Shown here piece by piece: positions 10,651-20,693 of a stretch of 35,394 bases of DNA (positions are counted from its first letter, which is position 1; each line of letters opens with the position of its first letter). This DNA comes from a virus (Duplodnaviria > Heunggongvirae > Uroviricota > Caudoviricetes). Location of the stretch: the IMG/VR virus record IMGVR_UViG_2711768013_000020, one strand, 5' to 3'. Under the pieces are notes generated by a model that made no database searches, had not been told where the DNA came from, and worked only from the letters and a program-made list of their open reading frames with translations. A program made the position numbers and the translations under genes.

Positions 10651-11052
10651 TTAATTCGTGTACGTGATCTGGTACGTGATTTCCGCCATCGCCCAGGTGG
10701 CCATCTCATTATCACGTTGATAGTTAAAACCGAGTGGGATCAGGGTGTCGATGAGTCCGGAAAGTGCTGGTACATCATTCAAGGCCGGGAAAATGGTGCT
10801 CTCCATCCACATATCCAGCTCTGAATCCGGTGCCTGTGCCCGGATGAAGACAGCAATATGCAGAACAGCCTGCCAGTCATCTTCATCCGTCATTTTTCCG
10901 GTGTACTGAGCATCACTCAGCCACACCGCCACGGCAGGCAGTTCCTGCGCATCAACAAATGCCGGAAGCCCGTCAAAAAACGTGGCGCTGTCTCCACACT
11001 GTTCCCGAAGGCGTGCCAGTACGACCTGGCGGATTTGTGTATGTCGGTTCAT
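10651..11052 (-). CDS. U: Tail terminator protein U
   Basis: MNRHTQIRQVVLARLREQCGDSATFFDGLPAFVD... lambda U-like; ATGA overlap with the Z stop. Confidence 0.85.
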   Translation of the reverse strand: MNRHTQIRQVVLARLREQCGDSATFFDGLPAFVDAQELPAVAVWLSDAQYTGKMTDEDDWQAVLHIAVFIRAQAPDSELDMWMESTIFPALNDVPALSGLIDTLIPLGFNYQRDNEMATWAMAEITYQITYTN

Positions 11053-11627
11053 CGGGTCAGCCATAACCTCAGTTGTTGTTTCAGTGCATACCCCAGCTGT
11101 TTCGGCATTTCCGCAGCAATGATGCGGTCGCGGGCATCTTCAAATGCCTGTGTCAGCGGTCCGGACAGCGGGATTTTCACCACATCAATGGGGTAACGAT
11201 TTTTGCCATCAATACGCCGCATCACATGCCAGCGACCATTCGCCAGTTGCTGAATAAACGCATCCCGGAAAAGATATTTACCCACCTTCAGCACACTGCC
11301 ACGGTACTGCAGTTTTCCACCACGCCGGGCCAGTCTGACCCGGGCTGTCCCCAGCTTAATGGCGGGCAGATTGCCCCGGTTAACGCGGATCCTGGCCGTC
11401 ATTTTTCCTGACGGACTGGCTTTAAACACCCGGACACGCTGACGTACCAGTTTCAGGGGGATCCCTTTCACCTGGTTATCTCCCGCAACGGTATTCCCGG
11501 CAACCTGCCGGGTGGCAACCGAGACCGCTTTCTGTGCCACACGGTTTATCGCCCATGCGCTGGCCTGTGGCACCATACGGGTATCAAGGCTGTTCAGATT
11601 GCGGATGGCATTCTCAAGCCCCTTCAT
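11049..11627 (-). CDS. Z: Tail completion protein Z
   Basis: 192-aa ORF, RBS AGAGGTG, position upstream of U; lambda Z-like. Confidence 0.8.
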   Translation of the reverse strand: MKGLENAIRNLNSLDTRMVPQASAWAINRVAQKAVSVATRQVAGNTVAGDNQVKGIPLKLVRQRVRVFKASPSGKMTARIRVNRGNLPAIKLGTARVRLARRGGKLQYRGSVLKVGKYLFRDAFIQQLANGRWHVMRRIDGKNRYPIDVVKIPLSGPLTQAFEDARDRIIAAEMPKQLGYALKQQLRLWLTR

Positions 11628-11638
11628 CCCACACCTCT

Positions 11639-11914
11639 TTACTCAATAAAGATCATTGGCTTACCGTTAAAGCGTTCATGCCGTGTGACCGTCCATTGTT
11701 GTCCGTCATAAACAACGCGATCCCCGCGCCGTGGGCGGTATCCCGAAGAAAACACCACCAGAGAGACCGCAGGTCCGGACAGAGCATTCAGCTCTGCCAG
11801 TGTTTCTCCCGGGATCACAGTCATATCGACATCATTAATCGAGGCTGTCTTTCCCATCTTTCTGACCGTGATCGCATCCATACGCGCTGCCAGCCGGGAA
11901 AAGGGATCAGACAT
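11639..11914 (-). CDS. Head-tail attachment protein (FII-like)
   Basis: 91-aa ORF between the head genes and Z; family call from size and position only. Confidence 0.6.
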   Translation of the reverse strand: MSDPFSRLAARMDAITVRKMGKTASINDVDMTVIPGETLAELNALSGPAVSLVVFSSGYRPRRGDRVVYDGQQWTVTRHERFNGKPMIFIE

Positions 11915-12230
11915 TGAGTTTTACCGGCACTTCTTCTGCACTGGTTCCGGCATCTGCCCAGACAACCCCGACCAGCGGATCAGAGCCGCTGTTAGTCAGC
12001 TGAACTTTTCCGGACTTCAGATAAACCTTCTTACCCGTTTTCATGTCATCCGTTTTCAGCTTAGGCAGCATAAACACACCTTCGGTCAGGCCGTCGCCTG
12101 TTTCACCCTGTGGAATATCGGTCAGTGCCACCGCAAAAACATCACCCACCTGCACCAGATCTCCGCTGCTGATGGCTGCACTGGCAACAATCGCCACCGT
12201 TTTTCCTTCTTCTACAAAATTCTTTGCCAT
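11907..12230 (-). CDS. Small head-associated protein (DUF2190-like, possible decoration protein)
   Basis: 107 aa from ATG 12230 (MAKNFVEEGKTVAIVASAAISSGDLV...), RBS GGAG 8 nt upstream; directly follows the capsid gene. Confidence 0.55.
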   Translation of the reverse strand: MAKNFVEEGKTVAIVASAAISSGDLVQVGDVFAVALTDIPQGETGDGLTEGVFMLPKLKTDDMKTGKKVYLKSGKVQLTNSGSDPLVGVVWADAGTSAEEVPVKLNV

Positions 12231-12273
12231 AACTGTCTCCGCACAGCCCCGTTCAGGGGCTGATTTCAGGTAC

Positions 12274-12292
12274 AAAAAAAGCCCTTACGGGC
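12274..12292 (-). terminator. Intrinsic terminator downstream of the capsid gene
   Basis: On the minus strand: hairpin GCCCGTAAGGGC followed by TTTTTTT. Confidence 0.5.
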
Positions 12293-12316
12293 CATCAGAG
12301 TTGTTGTCTGCGACGT

Positions 12317-14275
12317 TTACGCCGTACATTTCACCAGACCGCGGTGATCAACTGGCGCGACACCGGCGTCAATACGCACTTTCGTTGTCACGCCATCCAC
12401 ACTGAAGCCCTCCATCTGATCAATATATGGCGTATCCACACCGTTGAGATAAGCCACTTCAATCGTATCGGAGCCTTTTGACGCAGCCAGGTAGAAGGTG
12501 GTCTGGCTGTTATCATCAAGACGAGGCTCTGCAATAACGGTCGCAAAATCTTTCACCGGGTTAATAATACCGGCGTTAATGTCGGCCCCCTTGACACTTG
12601 AGGAGCGAATGACCTGGTTAGCAACAGACTCCATCGCCGTCGGTACCAGTACGAACGCAGGACGAATATTCAGATGACGCTCCCCCTCTTTCTGAACGCG
12701 CATCAACTGGCGGGCTTTATCCAGCGATGCCACGTCCATTGCAGCGCTATCCAGTACGTTTGCATGTTTCGCTTTATCGAACAGACTTACATTATCTGTG
12801 GAGATTTTCGGGTTAGACGTCAGAATGGCATAAACCAGATCGGCAATAGTGGATTTCGCCGCACGGCCCAGTTTCATCGGGACATCGGTCAGCATATTCA
12901 GATCATCATTGATAATGGCCTGACGGGTGATACTGAACAGCTCGCCATAGGTCGCCAGTGCAATAGTGGCCTGTTTATCTCCGGTGGTGACGTATTTATA
13001 TTCCGCCCCTTCACGCACCTGACGCAGAGCACTGAAGCCCCCCATACCCACACGATGGGCAATTTTAAAATCAGACAACTGACCTTTCCGCGTCCACTGT
13101 TCATAGGTTTCAGGGGCATCTTCCCAGCCCTGCAGAATGGCTTTGTTCGCAACATCCAGCAGAATATTACCGAAGTCAGACGTACTGTGTGTGAACGCCG
13201 CACCGACCATCTGCATCGGGTTATAACTGGAAACCCCAATACCCCGTTCAGTCAGTGACATACGGGCATATTCACGCAGGGTCATCCCGTTGTAGACATT
13301 ATCACGTTCGGTTTTTTCAAATCCGGCACGCGCCATCAGCGCCTGGCGGATCCCGTCCCCCACAAAATTACCGTTTCCGGCATAAATATGAGCCGGGGTA
13401 TTTTTATTGGATGGCGTGGACTCGCGCCCCATCTCGTTCAACAGCTTTTCGCGGGCCTGCTCCAGCGAACATTCAGGATCGGCAAGACACTGAGCCTGCA
13501 GCGTCTGATAACGCCCGCCAAACATGGCAAACAGATCATTAATACCGTTTACACGCGCTTTTTGCTCTGCCAGTACCTGCGCACGGATACTGTTTTCATC
13601 CACCACGGGTGCTGCTGCCTGCACTGGCGTCCGGGAGGCTGCAGGTTCATCATCCTGTACGCGTGGAGCACTGTTGCGTGGCGGAGTAATCATGTTTCGA
13701 ATGGATTCCGGCATCTTTTTAAATTCCTCTGTACGTTTTGACTGAATACATGCCATTGCCTTAACGGCTGGCGTCACCTGATCAGCAAATCCCTGTGCCA
13801 GACATTCGGCACCGGACATCCAGGTCTCATCCGCCAGCATGGCAGCAATTTCATCGGTGGTTTTCCCGGTTTTCTGTGCATAAGCGGGTAACAGAACCGC
13901 CTCAACCTTATCGAGCAGGTCGGCATAGGTGCGCATGTCCTCCGCATCACCGCCCGTAAAGCCAAATGGTTTATGAATCATCATGAAGGTGTTTTCCGGC
14001 ATAATGACCGGGTTTCCCACCATCGCAATGACCGACGCCATTGACGCCGCCACACCGTCGACATAAACGGTAATGGACGCACCATGTGTTTTCAGCGCAT
14101 TAAAAATGGCGATGCCTTCAAAGACATCGCCACCCGGTGAATTAATATGGAGATTAATGTGGGTGATATCGCCCAGTGCATTCAGATCACTGATAAACTG
14201 CTTCGCTGTAACACCCCAGAAACCAATCTCGTCATAAATATAAATATCCGCGTCACTCTGGTGACCAGCCTGCAT
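12317..14275 (-). CDS. Prohead protease (ClpP/S14-like) fused in one frame to an HK97-fold major capsid protein
   Basis: N-terminal ClpP-like region IYIYDEIGFWGVTAKQFISDLNALGDITHINLHINSPGGDVFEGIAIFNALK...; long C-terminal capsid-like region in the same frame without a stop; probable start ATG 14275 (MQAGHQ). Confidence 0.8.
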   Translation of the reverse strand: MQAGHQSDADIYIYDEIGFWGVTAKQFISDLNALGDITHINLHINSPGGDVFEGIAIFNALKTHGASITVYVDGVAASMASVIAMVGNPVIMPENTFMMIHKPFGFTGGDAEDMRTYADLLDKVEAVLLPAYAQKTGKTTDEIAAMLADETWMSGAECLAQGFADQVTPAVKAMACIQSKRTEEFKKMPESIRNMITPPRNSAPRVQDDEPAASRTPVQAAAPVVDENSIRAQVLAEQKARVNGINDLFAMFGGRYQTLQAQCLADPECSLEQAREKLLNEMGRESTPSNKNTPAHIYAGNGNFVGDGIRQALMARAGFEKTERDNVYNGMTLREYARMSLTERGIGVSSYNPMQMVGAAFTHSTSDFGNILLDVANKAILQGWEDAPETYEQWTRKGQLSDFKIAHRVGMGGFSALRQVREGAEYKYVTTGDKQATIALATYGELFSITRQAIINDDLNMLTDVPMKLGRAAKSTIADLVYAILTSNPKISTDNVSLFDKAKHANVLDSAAMDVASLDKARQLMRVQKEGERHLNIRPAFVLVPTAMESVANQVIRSSSVKGADINAGIINPVKDFATVIAEPRLDDNSQTTFYLAASKGSDTIEVAYLNGVDTPYIDQMEGFSVDGVTTKVRIDAGVAPVDHRGLVKCTA

Positions 14276-14288
14276 CCTGAACCAGGAA

Positions 14289-15797
14289 TTATTCTTCGGA
14301 CTGGTCGTCGGTGTGCTGCGGCTCCTGTCGTTTCGTTGCGGCACTGCTGCCTCCTTTATCACTGGCCGGATCGGTATCAAATACCAGATCCAGCTTGCGG
14401 TTTTCATCAATTTCGGCCTTGCGCCGACGTTTGACATCATCCGGATTACGACCACCTGCACGTACCCAGTCTGATTCTGTCGCCGCTCCACCACGAATCT
14501 GGATTTTCCAGGCCTCAGCCTCCTTAACAGGGTCAATCCACGGCATCACCGGTCCGGAATACACCGCGGTATACAGTGAAGAACGGTCAAGATCGCGGGG
14601 TAGCCTGATAACACCGGATGCCACAGCCTGTTTCAGCCATGCACGATACATCGGGCGGGTGACGGCACCAATAAACCAGTCCTGCAGGATCAGGTAGCCA
14701 TCAGTAGATTCAACCAGCTCCTGACGCTGGGCGCTGTAAGTGCCGTTATAGTTGCGCGCTGTACTGGAAAAACTCAGACGACTGCCCGCCGCCACGGCAC
14801 GCAACTGACCATTACGAAAAGTTTCAAGGTTAGGATTGGGGCGATCCGACTTCACCATTCCGATTTCTTCGCCGGGTTTCAGATCGTCGTAAATAATGCC
14901 TGGCTGAATGGTAAGCTCGCGTTCCTTATCCTTGCTGCCATTACCATCCGGTTCATAGCTCTGCCCGTCGCCTTTGCGGATGTACATCCCCAGAGCAGCG
15001 GCGATCCTTGCTGCAGTCAGCTCATAATCTTCATAATCTTTCAGGGCACTGAGGCGGATCAGCACACCGGACAACAAAGACGTCCCGCGCATCTGGTGCA
15101 GACGGCGAACAAATTTAAGATGCAGCATTCGCTCTGCATCCACTTCTTTGGTTTCCATCTGCCGTCCGGATACGGGACGGCTTTTATACACCAGATATTT
15201 TTCGGGACGCCCCCAGTCATCAACAAACACGCCCTGATTCAGCCTGTTGCTCTCATCACTGGTCATGGGAATAAAGTCCGGCTCGAGCGCCTCCAGCCAG
15301 AAATGAACACCGGCAGAAGGCGTCAGGCTGTTTATGCGCCCGGAAACCATCTGGGCAAACACCTCACCATCGCGCAGCCAGGTACGCAGCATCAGACGTT
15401 CCAGCATCGGACGGGTAAACTGCCCGGTGACTTCCGGGCTGACAGACCATTCACTCCATCGGGTGCGAATCTCCGCAGCCAGGTCACGGGCAATGGCCCC
15501 ATTGCGTAATACCGGATGTGGCTCGACAATAATCCCGTTTTTCCCCACCACCCGTTCTTCCAGCTTGTCAAATACACCAATAACCAGATCGTGGTTGTTA
15601 TCAAGGTAACGGGCCTGCTCACGTAACGACACGGCCCCGTACTGGCTTAACTGGTCGGCAGTTCGGTTTTCCCGCCGGCCTTTGTGTGTCCGCGTCGTTT
15701 TTACGGCCTCATAAGCCTGGATCACCGCACGGGAACGCAGCCTTGCCGCTTTCCATCCTGGTGAAAAAACGCCAATCACATCATCAAGAATTGCCAT
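14289..15797 (-). CDS. Portal protein
   Basis: About 500 aa, between W-like and the protease-capsid gene; start ATG 15797 overlapping the W stop. Confidence 0.8.
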   Translation of the reverse strand: MAILDDVIGVFSPGWKAARLRSRAVIQAYEAVKTTRTHKGRRENRTADQLSQYGAVSLREQARYLDNNHDLVIGVFDKLEERVVGKNGIIVEPHPVLRNGAIARDLAAEIRTRWSEWSVSPEVTGQFTRPMLERLMLRTWLRDGEVFAQMVSGRINSLTPSAGVHFWLEALEPDFIPMTSDESNRLNQGVFVDDWGRPEKYLVYKSRPVSGRQMETKEVDAERMLHLKFVRRLHQMRGTSLLSGVLIRLSALKDYEDYELTAARIAAALGMYIRKGDGQSYEPDGNGSKDKERELTIQPGIIYDDLKPGEEIGMVKSDRPNPNLETFRNGQLRAVAAGSRLSFSSTARNYNGTYSAQRQELVESTDGYLILQDWFIGAVTRPMYRAWLKQAVASGVIRLPRDLDRSSLYTAVYSGPVMPWIDPVKEAEAWKIQIRGGAATESDWVRAGGRNPDDVKRRRKAEIDENRKLDLVFDTDPASDKGGSSAATKRQEPQHTDDQSEE

Positions 15798-16009
15798 CAG
15801 AACCTCGCCAGCCGGTACCCGGGATGCCCCCGTCGTCGTGTAATCAGAGCCGCAAGGCGGCGCTCCCACTCCTGCCGTCCCTGCCGGATCTCAGATAAGT
15901 TTTCCATGGTCATCTGCTGACCATTAAAGGTGACGGATTTTCCGTCCAGCACCGCCATTTCAGCTTCCGTATAACGCTGAATCATGGCTTCAATATCATT
16001 CTGGTTCAT
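15797..16009 (-). CDS. Head-tail joining protein (gpW-like)
   Basis: About 70 aa, ATGA overlap with the terminase large-subunit stop; size and position as lambda W. Confidence 0.65.
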   Translation of the reverse strand: MNQNDIEAMIQRYTEAEMAVLDGKSVTFNGQQMTMENLSEIRQGRQEWERRLAALITRRRGHPGYRLARF

Positions 16010-18108
16010 AACCATCCTCCGGAAGTCAGCCAGGGGTTAACATCGTCAGTTACTGTTTTCTTCCGTTTTTGTTTTTTAACAGGCGTGGATACCGGTTCCG
16101 GTGAGGGTGACGGTTCGGTACTGTCCGGGACACACTCCAGCCAGGTTTCCCGGCTCGCCCACTCCGGTGCATCCGGCCAGCGGATCTTTTCGTATCCATG
16201 CAGAATGACCAGAGCCTCGGCATACACCATCAGGTCAAAAGCTTCGTTGGCACCGCGACCCGGCTTACTCCATTTCCCGTCACTGCTCCGCTCTTCATAC
16301 GTCAGTTCGTCGTAAAACCAGCTCCCCAGCCAGTCAGGGAAATGCACATAGCCGGGACCTGGCGAGTCACGCCATAACGCGTTATTCACCCGGTCTTTCA
16401 GTGCATCCGTCTGAAGAAGCCAGAGCGGCACATCACCTGCGGCCTGCGCCCGTCGGCCCGTTCGTCCGGTGTTATCAGGGAATGTACGGGTGATCAGTTT
16501 TGCGCGCCGGATGCTGTCGCCCTTAAACAGGTAAATACGTTTACCAAGGCCATCACGACGGCAACGACGCCAGAATTTATAGGCATTATCAGTGACCCCG
16601 TCTTCACCGCCGGAGTCCACCGCCATTGCCATCAGTCGCATTTGTTGAGAAGGATCGGAGGCCAGCGGCCAGCTTTTATGAAAAACATCCGTCAGCAGGA
16701 CATCCCAGTCTTCCGGATAGCTGGCCGGATCAATTCGCTGGCTCTCCCCGTCGCTGTCACCGCGCAATGACTGCGTGATGTTGTAACGATCAATAATCCA
16801 GCGTTCGCCACGGCTGCCATAGCCCGTTACCTGAACCACAAAACGGCGATGACGTCCCGCCTGCACATCCACTGTCGCCACAAGGAAATTAACGCCATCC
16901 GGCACACTGCGGGAAGGAACTGGCTCTGCCCGCTGCTCAAGCAGTTCACTTTTTCGTTGCTCCATGCTGGCGCGGGGAAGATAAGGTAATCCCCAGTCGG
17001 TATTGATAACCGTCTTGAGTGTTTCTTCACTTCCGGTTGTCTCGTATTCCTGTTCTGCAGTAAGCAGTTTGTAAACGAGTTGCGAGAGTGTCTGGTAAGC
17101 AGCTGCCGGACCCTCCATCCAGAATGACGCAATACGTGAGCGTCGGGGATCACCATAACGACTGCCATCCGCATTGATGGATTCACCATCCCGCAACCAG
17201 ACCCCACGTCCGTTCAGCTCACGTTTGTGTTCAGGCATAATCCGTCCTGAACAGGAAGGACACTGAATATAAGCCGCCTCACTTGCCAGCACGGGATCGG
17301 CAATATCACGGAAACCAGCAACCACATCGCCGCAGGGCTGAAAATACTCACCACAGTGTGGACAGGGCCAGTACCAGCGACGGCGATCGCCACGGTTATA
17401 GAGCGACAGTATCCCCGTGGTTGGTGGAGCCTCATGCGGTGAAGTCCGTCGCCATTTCACATCCTTCACATCCCTGCCGGGGGAACTCTCCACAAGCGTC
17501 ATACCACTGGACATAAATGTTGTGGTACGTTTTGAGGCAAGAGAGAAAGCATCCCCCTCGCCATCAATATCTTCCGGAAAACGGTCATAATCCGTCAGCG
17601 CGACGCATTTATAATCTGATGAGGACATGATATTGACTGACGGCCAGCCGATTTTCAGGTAGTTACCAGCAAGGAATGTTCTGTCATAAACGTTGTTGTC
17701 ATTTTTGTTCGGACTCAGGCGACTGACCACTTCCGGGCTGACGCGAAACGTTCTGGCGAGTCGTTTTTTGGAGTGTTCGCGGGCTTTTTCCTCCGTCATC
17801 TGAATGATCAGCATATCAGCAGGATCGCAAATCACGTTGTAAATCACCCAGCCGTCAATCAGGCCGATAGTCTTGCCGGTTCGTGCCGGGCCAACAAATA
17901 TCACTGCGTCGTATTCACGCGAGGCCAGGCAGTTCATCGGCTCAATAACATACGGTGCCACCAGCGGATCCCACGGGACTGAGTTCCCTGCCCCCATGGG
18001 CACCCGCATATACTGAGCAACGGCATCAGCAACCCGCATTCGTCTCGGTGCGCGAAGGATATAACCTGAATCGGTTCGTGCTGCCTTTGCGGTTTCCTGA
18101 TTCAGCAT
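16006..18108 (-). CDS. Terminase large subunit (GpA family)
   Basis: 700 aa, Walker A-like VIFVGPARTGKT, CPHCGEYF zinc-finger-like motif, immediately downstream of the small subunit. Confidence 0.9.
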   Translation of the reverse strand: MLNQETAKAARTDSGYILRAPRRMRVADAVAQYMRVPMGAGNSVPWDPLVAPYVIEPMNCLASREYDAVIFVGPARTGKTIGLIDGWVIYNVICDPADMLIIQMTEEKAREHSKKRLARTFRVSPEVVSRLSPNKNDNNVYDRTFLAGNYLKIGWPSVNIMSSSDYKCVALTDYDRFPEDIDGEGDAFSLASKRTTTFMSSGMTLVESSPGRDVKDVKWRRTSPHEAPPTTGILSLYNRGDRRRWYWPCPHCGEYFQPCGDVVAGFRDIADPVLASEAAYIQCPSCSGRIMPEHKRELNGRGVWLRDGESINADGSRYGDPRRSRIASFWMEGPAAAYQTLSQLVYKLLTAEQEYETTGSEETLKTVINTDWGLPYLPRASMEQRKSELLEQRAEPVPSRSVPDGVNFLVATVDVQAGRHRRFVVQVTGYGSRGERWIIDRYNITQSLRGDSDGESQRIDPASYPEDWDVLLTDVFHKSWPLASDPSQQMRLMAMAVDSGGEDGVTDNAYKFWRRCRRDGLGKRIYLFKGDSIRRAKLITRTFPDNTGRTGRRAQAAGDVPLWLLQTDALKDRVNNALWRDSPGPGYVHFPDWLGSWFYDELTYEERSSDGKWSKPGRGANEAFDLMVYAEALVILHGYEKIRWPDAPEWASRETWLECVPDSTEPSPSPEPVSTPVKKQKRKKTVTDDVNPWLTSGGWL

Positions 18109-18602
18109 TACTCCTCCTGCTGTAATTCCTCCTCATCATCCGCACCTGCTTCAGTCACCCGCAGGGCTATCTGATCGCGCAGATCATCAATAATGGACTG
18201 AACACGGCTCACAGCGGCAGGCTGCAGACCGCAGTCACGTTCCAGAATATCCGGTAATGTCTCCAGCACCTGCACGACCGCTTTTGCCCAGATGGCAAAC
18301 TCCCGTCTGACATCACTGGCCGGAATGAGTTGTGCCGTTTCCTGTTCGAACTTAAGACGCTCACGTTCAGACTGATACCAGGCTTTGCGCTCATGCGCGT
18401 CCATTTCGCCTTCTGCAACCGGCGGTGGCAATGCCAGAAATGCCGACACAATATCAACCACCCGATAAAGCTTGAGGTTGCTTTCATGCCCCCCTGCAAC
18501 GGGTAGATTTTGCAGCCTTGCCGCAGCAGTCTGGCGATGTACACCTGACAGTGCCGCCAGTTGACTGATATTCAGCGTCAGATTTTTTAACTCTCGATCC
18601 AT
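18108..18602 (-). CDS. Terminase small subunit (Nu1-like)
   Basis: 164 aa, N-terminal HTH (LTLNISQLAALSGVHRQTAAARL), acidic C-terminus, first gene after cos. Confidence 0.85.
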   Translation of the reverse strand: MDRELKNLTLNISQLAALSGVHRQTAAARLQNLPVAGGHESNLKLYRVVDIVSAFLALPPPVAEGEMDAHERKAWYQSERERLKFEQETAQLIPASDVRREFAIWAKAVVQVLETLPDILERDCGLQPAAVSRVQSIIDDLRDQIALRVTEAGADDEEELQQEE

Positions 18603-18609
18603 ACCCGCT

Positions 18610-18800
18610 CCAGAATGTTTTAAACATGCATCTCGCGAACAACTTTAGGCAAACGGTGTTAGTGATGAACAAAAAACAATCAAAATCGACACCATAAAAA
18701 CAAAACCACTGTAATATCAATCTATTACAGTGGTGGTGATGACGAATGAAATTTCAAAAACTAGCCTTTTTCCGCGACGCTCCCGCCCCGTGGCAGGCCA
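18610..18800. other. cos region (cosB and candidate cosN at about 18772-18789)
   Basis: Minus-strand sequence GGGGCGGGAGCGTCGCGG lies about 190 nt upstream of the Nu1-like start, the same spacing as lambda cosN GGGCGGCGACCTCGCGG to Nu1. Confidence 0.55.
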
Positions 18801-19220
18801 CTCCACCGGGAGGACCCGTCAGCCTGACAGACATGACGAACGTCTGATACAGCGCCTTGCATGAATGGCATCGGGATAATCCAGAAAGGAATAGCATCGT
18901 GCCCACAAGAATCTGTGTGAGTATCCTGTTTCTTCCACCCCCGCACAGGACTGGCGAGCATGAGGGACAAACCCGCGAACCATAAACGCGGTAAAAACCC
19001 GGTGTGCATCGTTTTTGATTATTCCCGCACACTCTCGCAGAAGGAGTTCCCCGTCGGGCTACGGTCTCTGTTAATACGGGAATACGGCGACGATACAGCG
19101 CATGATGTGTCAGGCTTGAATACCTTTATCCGTTAAAAGGGATATCAGTTAAGTTATCCCGTGTAGGGTATAAGCCATTATCAAAGCCACTCTGTAGGGA
19201 GTGGCTTTTGTAATGGCAAT

Positions 19221-19243
19221 AAAAAGCCCCGCGAATGCGAGGC
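19221..19243 (-). terminator. Candidate intrinsic terminator after the lysis cassette
   Basis: Imperfect hairpin GCCTCGCATTCGCGGGGC followed by TTTTT on the minus strand. Confidence 0.4.
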
Positions 19244-19417
19244 TAAATCCAGGTATTTTTAATGACTGGCTCTTATTTCAACGCAGCCCCTTACCGCGCG
19301 CCAGATGCTCAACTTCAAGCATCAGCAATGAGATGTTTAATCTGGATTCACTCCAGAAGTGATCACCACCCTGTCTACAGAGCCAAATGTGAAGGATGAT
19401 GAGTAAAATTATCGCTA

Positions 19418-19885
19418 TCATCGAAGGCATTGCGTCCTGATATATTCCTGAAGCGTTCTCAGTGCTGTCTGGTCTCTGATGATTCCGTCCCGGATACCGA
19501 GAACGTTTCGTCCAGCAACTGGAGAGAGTTCGACGGTGGCATCATTGCCCATGCCGGAGGCGCTGGAGGTTTCGGCTGAGGATGGCACAGAGCATTTTCC
19601 TTTGACGAGCACCCGACCACCATTATCAAGCTTGCGCCGAAGAGCATCATTTTCAGCTTTCGCATCAGCCAACTCCTTCGTGTATTTAGCATCGAGTACA
19701 TCAGCAGCACGCTGGCGTTGCTGCATGTCAGTAATGGTGGCGGTCGCCTGCTTCAGCTCACTGACTTTTTTATCACGCTGTTCTTTGTAGGCGATGGCGT
19801 TATCACGGTAATGATTGACCGCCCACGACAGGCAGACGATGATGCAGATAACCAGAGCATAAATAATCGCGGCGACTCTGCTCAC
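19418..19885 (-). CDS. Rz: i-spanin Rz
   Basis: Lambda Rz-like ([38 protein letters not shown]...); probable GTG start at 19885 overlapping the R stop. Confidence 0.9.
   Translation of the reverse strand: MSRVAAIIYALVICIIVCLSWAVNHYRDNAIAYKEQRDKKVSELKQATATITDMQQRQRAADVLDAKYTKELADAKAENDALRRKLDNGGRVLVKGKCSVPSSAETSSASGMGNDATVELSPVAGRNVLGIRDGIIRDQTALRTLQEYIRTQCLR
19459..19665 (-). CDS. Rz1: o-spanin Rz1 (lipoprotein) nested in the +1 frame of Rz
   Basis: [21 protein letters not shown] lipobox followed by a proline-rich segment, lambda Rz1-like. Confidence 0.8.
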   Translation of the reverse strand: MRKLKMMLFGASLIMVVGCSSKENALCHPQPKPPAPPAWAMMPPSNSLQLLDETFSVSGTESSETRQH

Positions 19886-20415
19886 TGATCTATCCCCCAA
19901 CAGGCTAATGCGCTTTCCTGGTCACGACGAATAACCTGTCCATAGCAGTTATTTGAACGTATGCGGCAATCGCGCCCACCATCTTTTATCCACCAGCGAA
20001 TCGCCTCGCATGCACCTTTACGATCACCAGCATTCAGCCGCTTATAAAACGTCGACGGAAAACACTTACCGGGGCCAATGTTATAGGGACAAAATGACGC
20101 GATACCCGCTTTTTGTGGCTCGGTCAGTGGTACTTTAATATTGCGCTCCACCCATGCCAGCGCCTTATCACGCTCAATGGCGTTGACCTGGTCGCATTTT
20201 TCCTTCGACAGTTTCATACCGGGAAAAACGGGTTTTCCATCCACCATCGTGGCACCCCGACAGATGGTCCAGATGCCGGACCCATCGCGGTATGCCGTTG
20301 TGTGGTTACCTTCTTTTTCATCCAGAAACTGGTCGAGAATATCAGGCGCGGGCGCACCGACGGCAATCAGTGCCAGAACGGCAGCCGACAGGCCGTATCT
20401 GATTTTTGCGTTCAT
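19882..20415 (-). CDS. R: Endolysin (GH24 lysozyme) with N-terminal signal-anchor-release-like segment
   Basis: 177 aa; hydrophobic N-terminus [16 protein letters not shown] then lysozyme-like [20 protein letters not shown]. Confidence 0.85.
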   Translation of the reverse strand: MNAKIRYGLSAAVLALIAVGAPAPDILDQFLDEKEGNHTTAYRDGSGIWTICRGATMVDGKPVFPGMKLSKEKCDQVNAIERDKALAWVERNIKVPLTEPQKAGIASFCPYNIGPGKCFPSTFYKRLNAGDRKGACEAIRWWIKDGGRDCRIRSNNCYGQVIRRDQESALACWGIDQ

Positions 20416-20550
20416 GGATATTTATCAGGATTTATCGGTTTCTGCCCACGGACAGGTTTATCTGTTCCGGTCAGTGACTTAAGGTTGTGATTCCGGAGGA
20501 GTCTTCAGAGAACCAGTAATTCTTCCTGGTAGCTTTCCTTTGTAGGTTAT

Positions 20551-20560
20551 NNNNNNNNNN
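20551..20560. other. Assembly gap (10 N) inside the holin gene
   Basis: Run of N. Confidence 1.
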
Positions 20561-20632
20561 AAACCAGTACCCGGCACTACCTGCTGAGGTGCCATAGGCG
20601 ACACCCGTTGTTAACTTATCCATGGATTTCAT
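20561..20632 (-). CDS. S: Pinholin (phage 21 S-type), N-terminal 24 codons only; remainder lost in or after the gap
   Basis: [24 protein letters not shown] with dual-start MKSM motif and RBS GAGGTGGGG; no holin-like C-terminus in any frame of 20416-20550. Confidence 0.65.
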
Positions 20633-20671
20633 AACCCCACCTCGCAGATGCGGGTGCTGTGTAATGGAAAT

Positions 20672-20693
20672 AAAAAGGCCACCTGACGTGGCC
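20672..20693 (-). terminator. Candidate terminator between the methyltransferase and the lysis genes
   Basis: Hairpin GGCCAC-gtcag-GTGGCC followed by TTTTT on the minus strand. Confidence 0.4.

Noticed and set aside
12674-13741. Plus-strand ORFs 12674-13258, 13255-13542, 13388-13741
   Set aside because: Antisense to the protease-capsid gene; no RBS and junk-like translations.
18754-19032. Minus-strand ORFs of 92 and 82 aa next to cos
   Set aside because: Cys/Arg/Gly-rich translations with no RBS; they span the cos site, which is expected to be non-coding.
19183-19208. 10-bp perfect hairpin AAAGCCACTC-tgtagg-GAGTGGCTTT in the cos-to-Rz spacer
   Set aside because: No adjacent U-run outside the stem and no gene on either side that it would terminate; noted as structure only.
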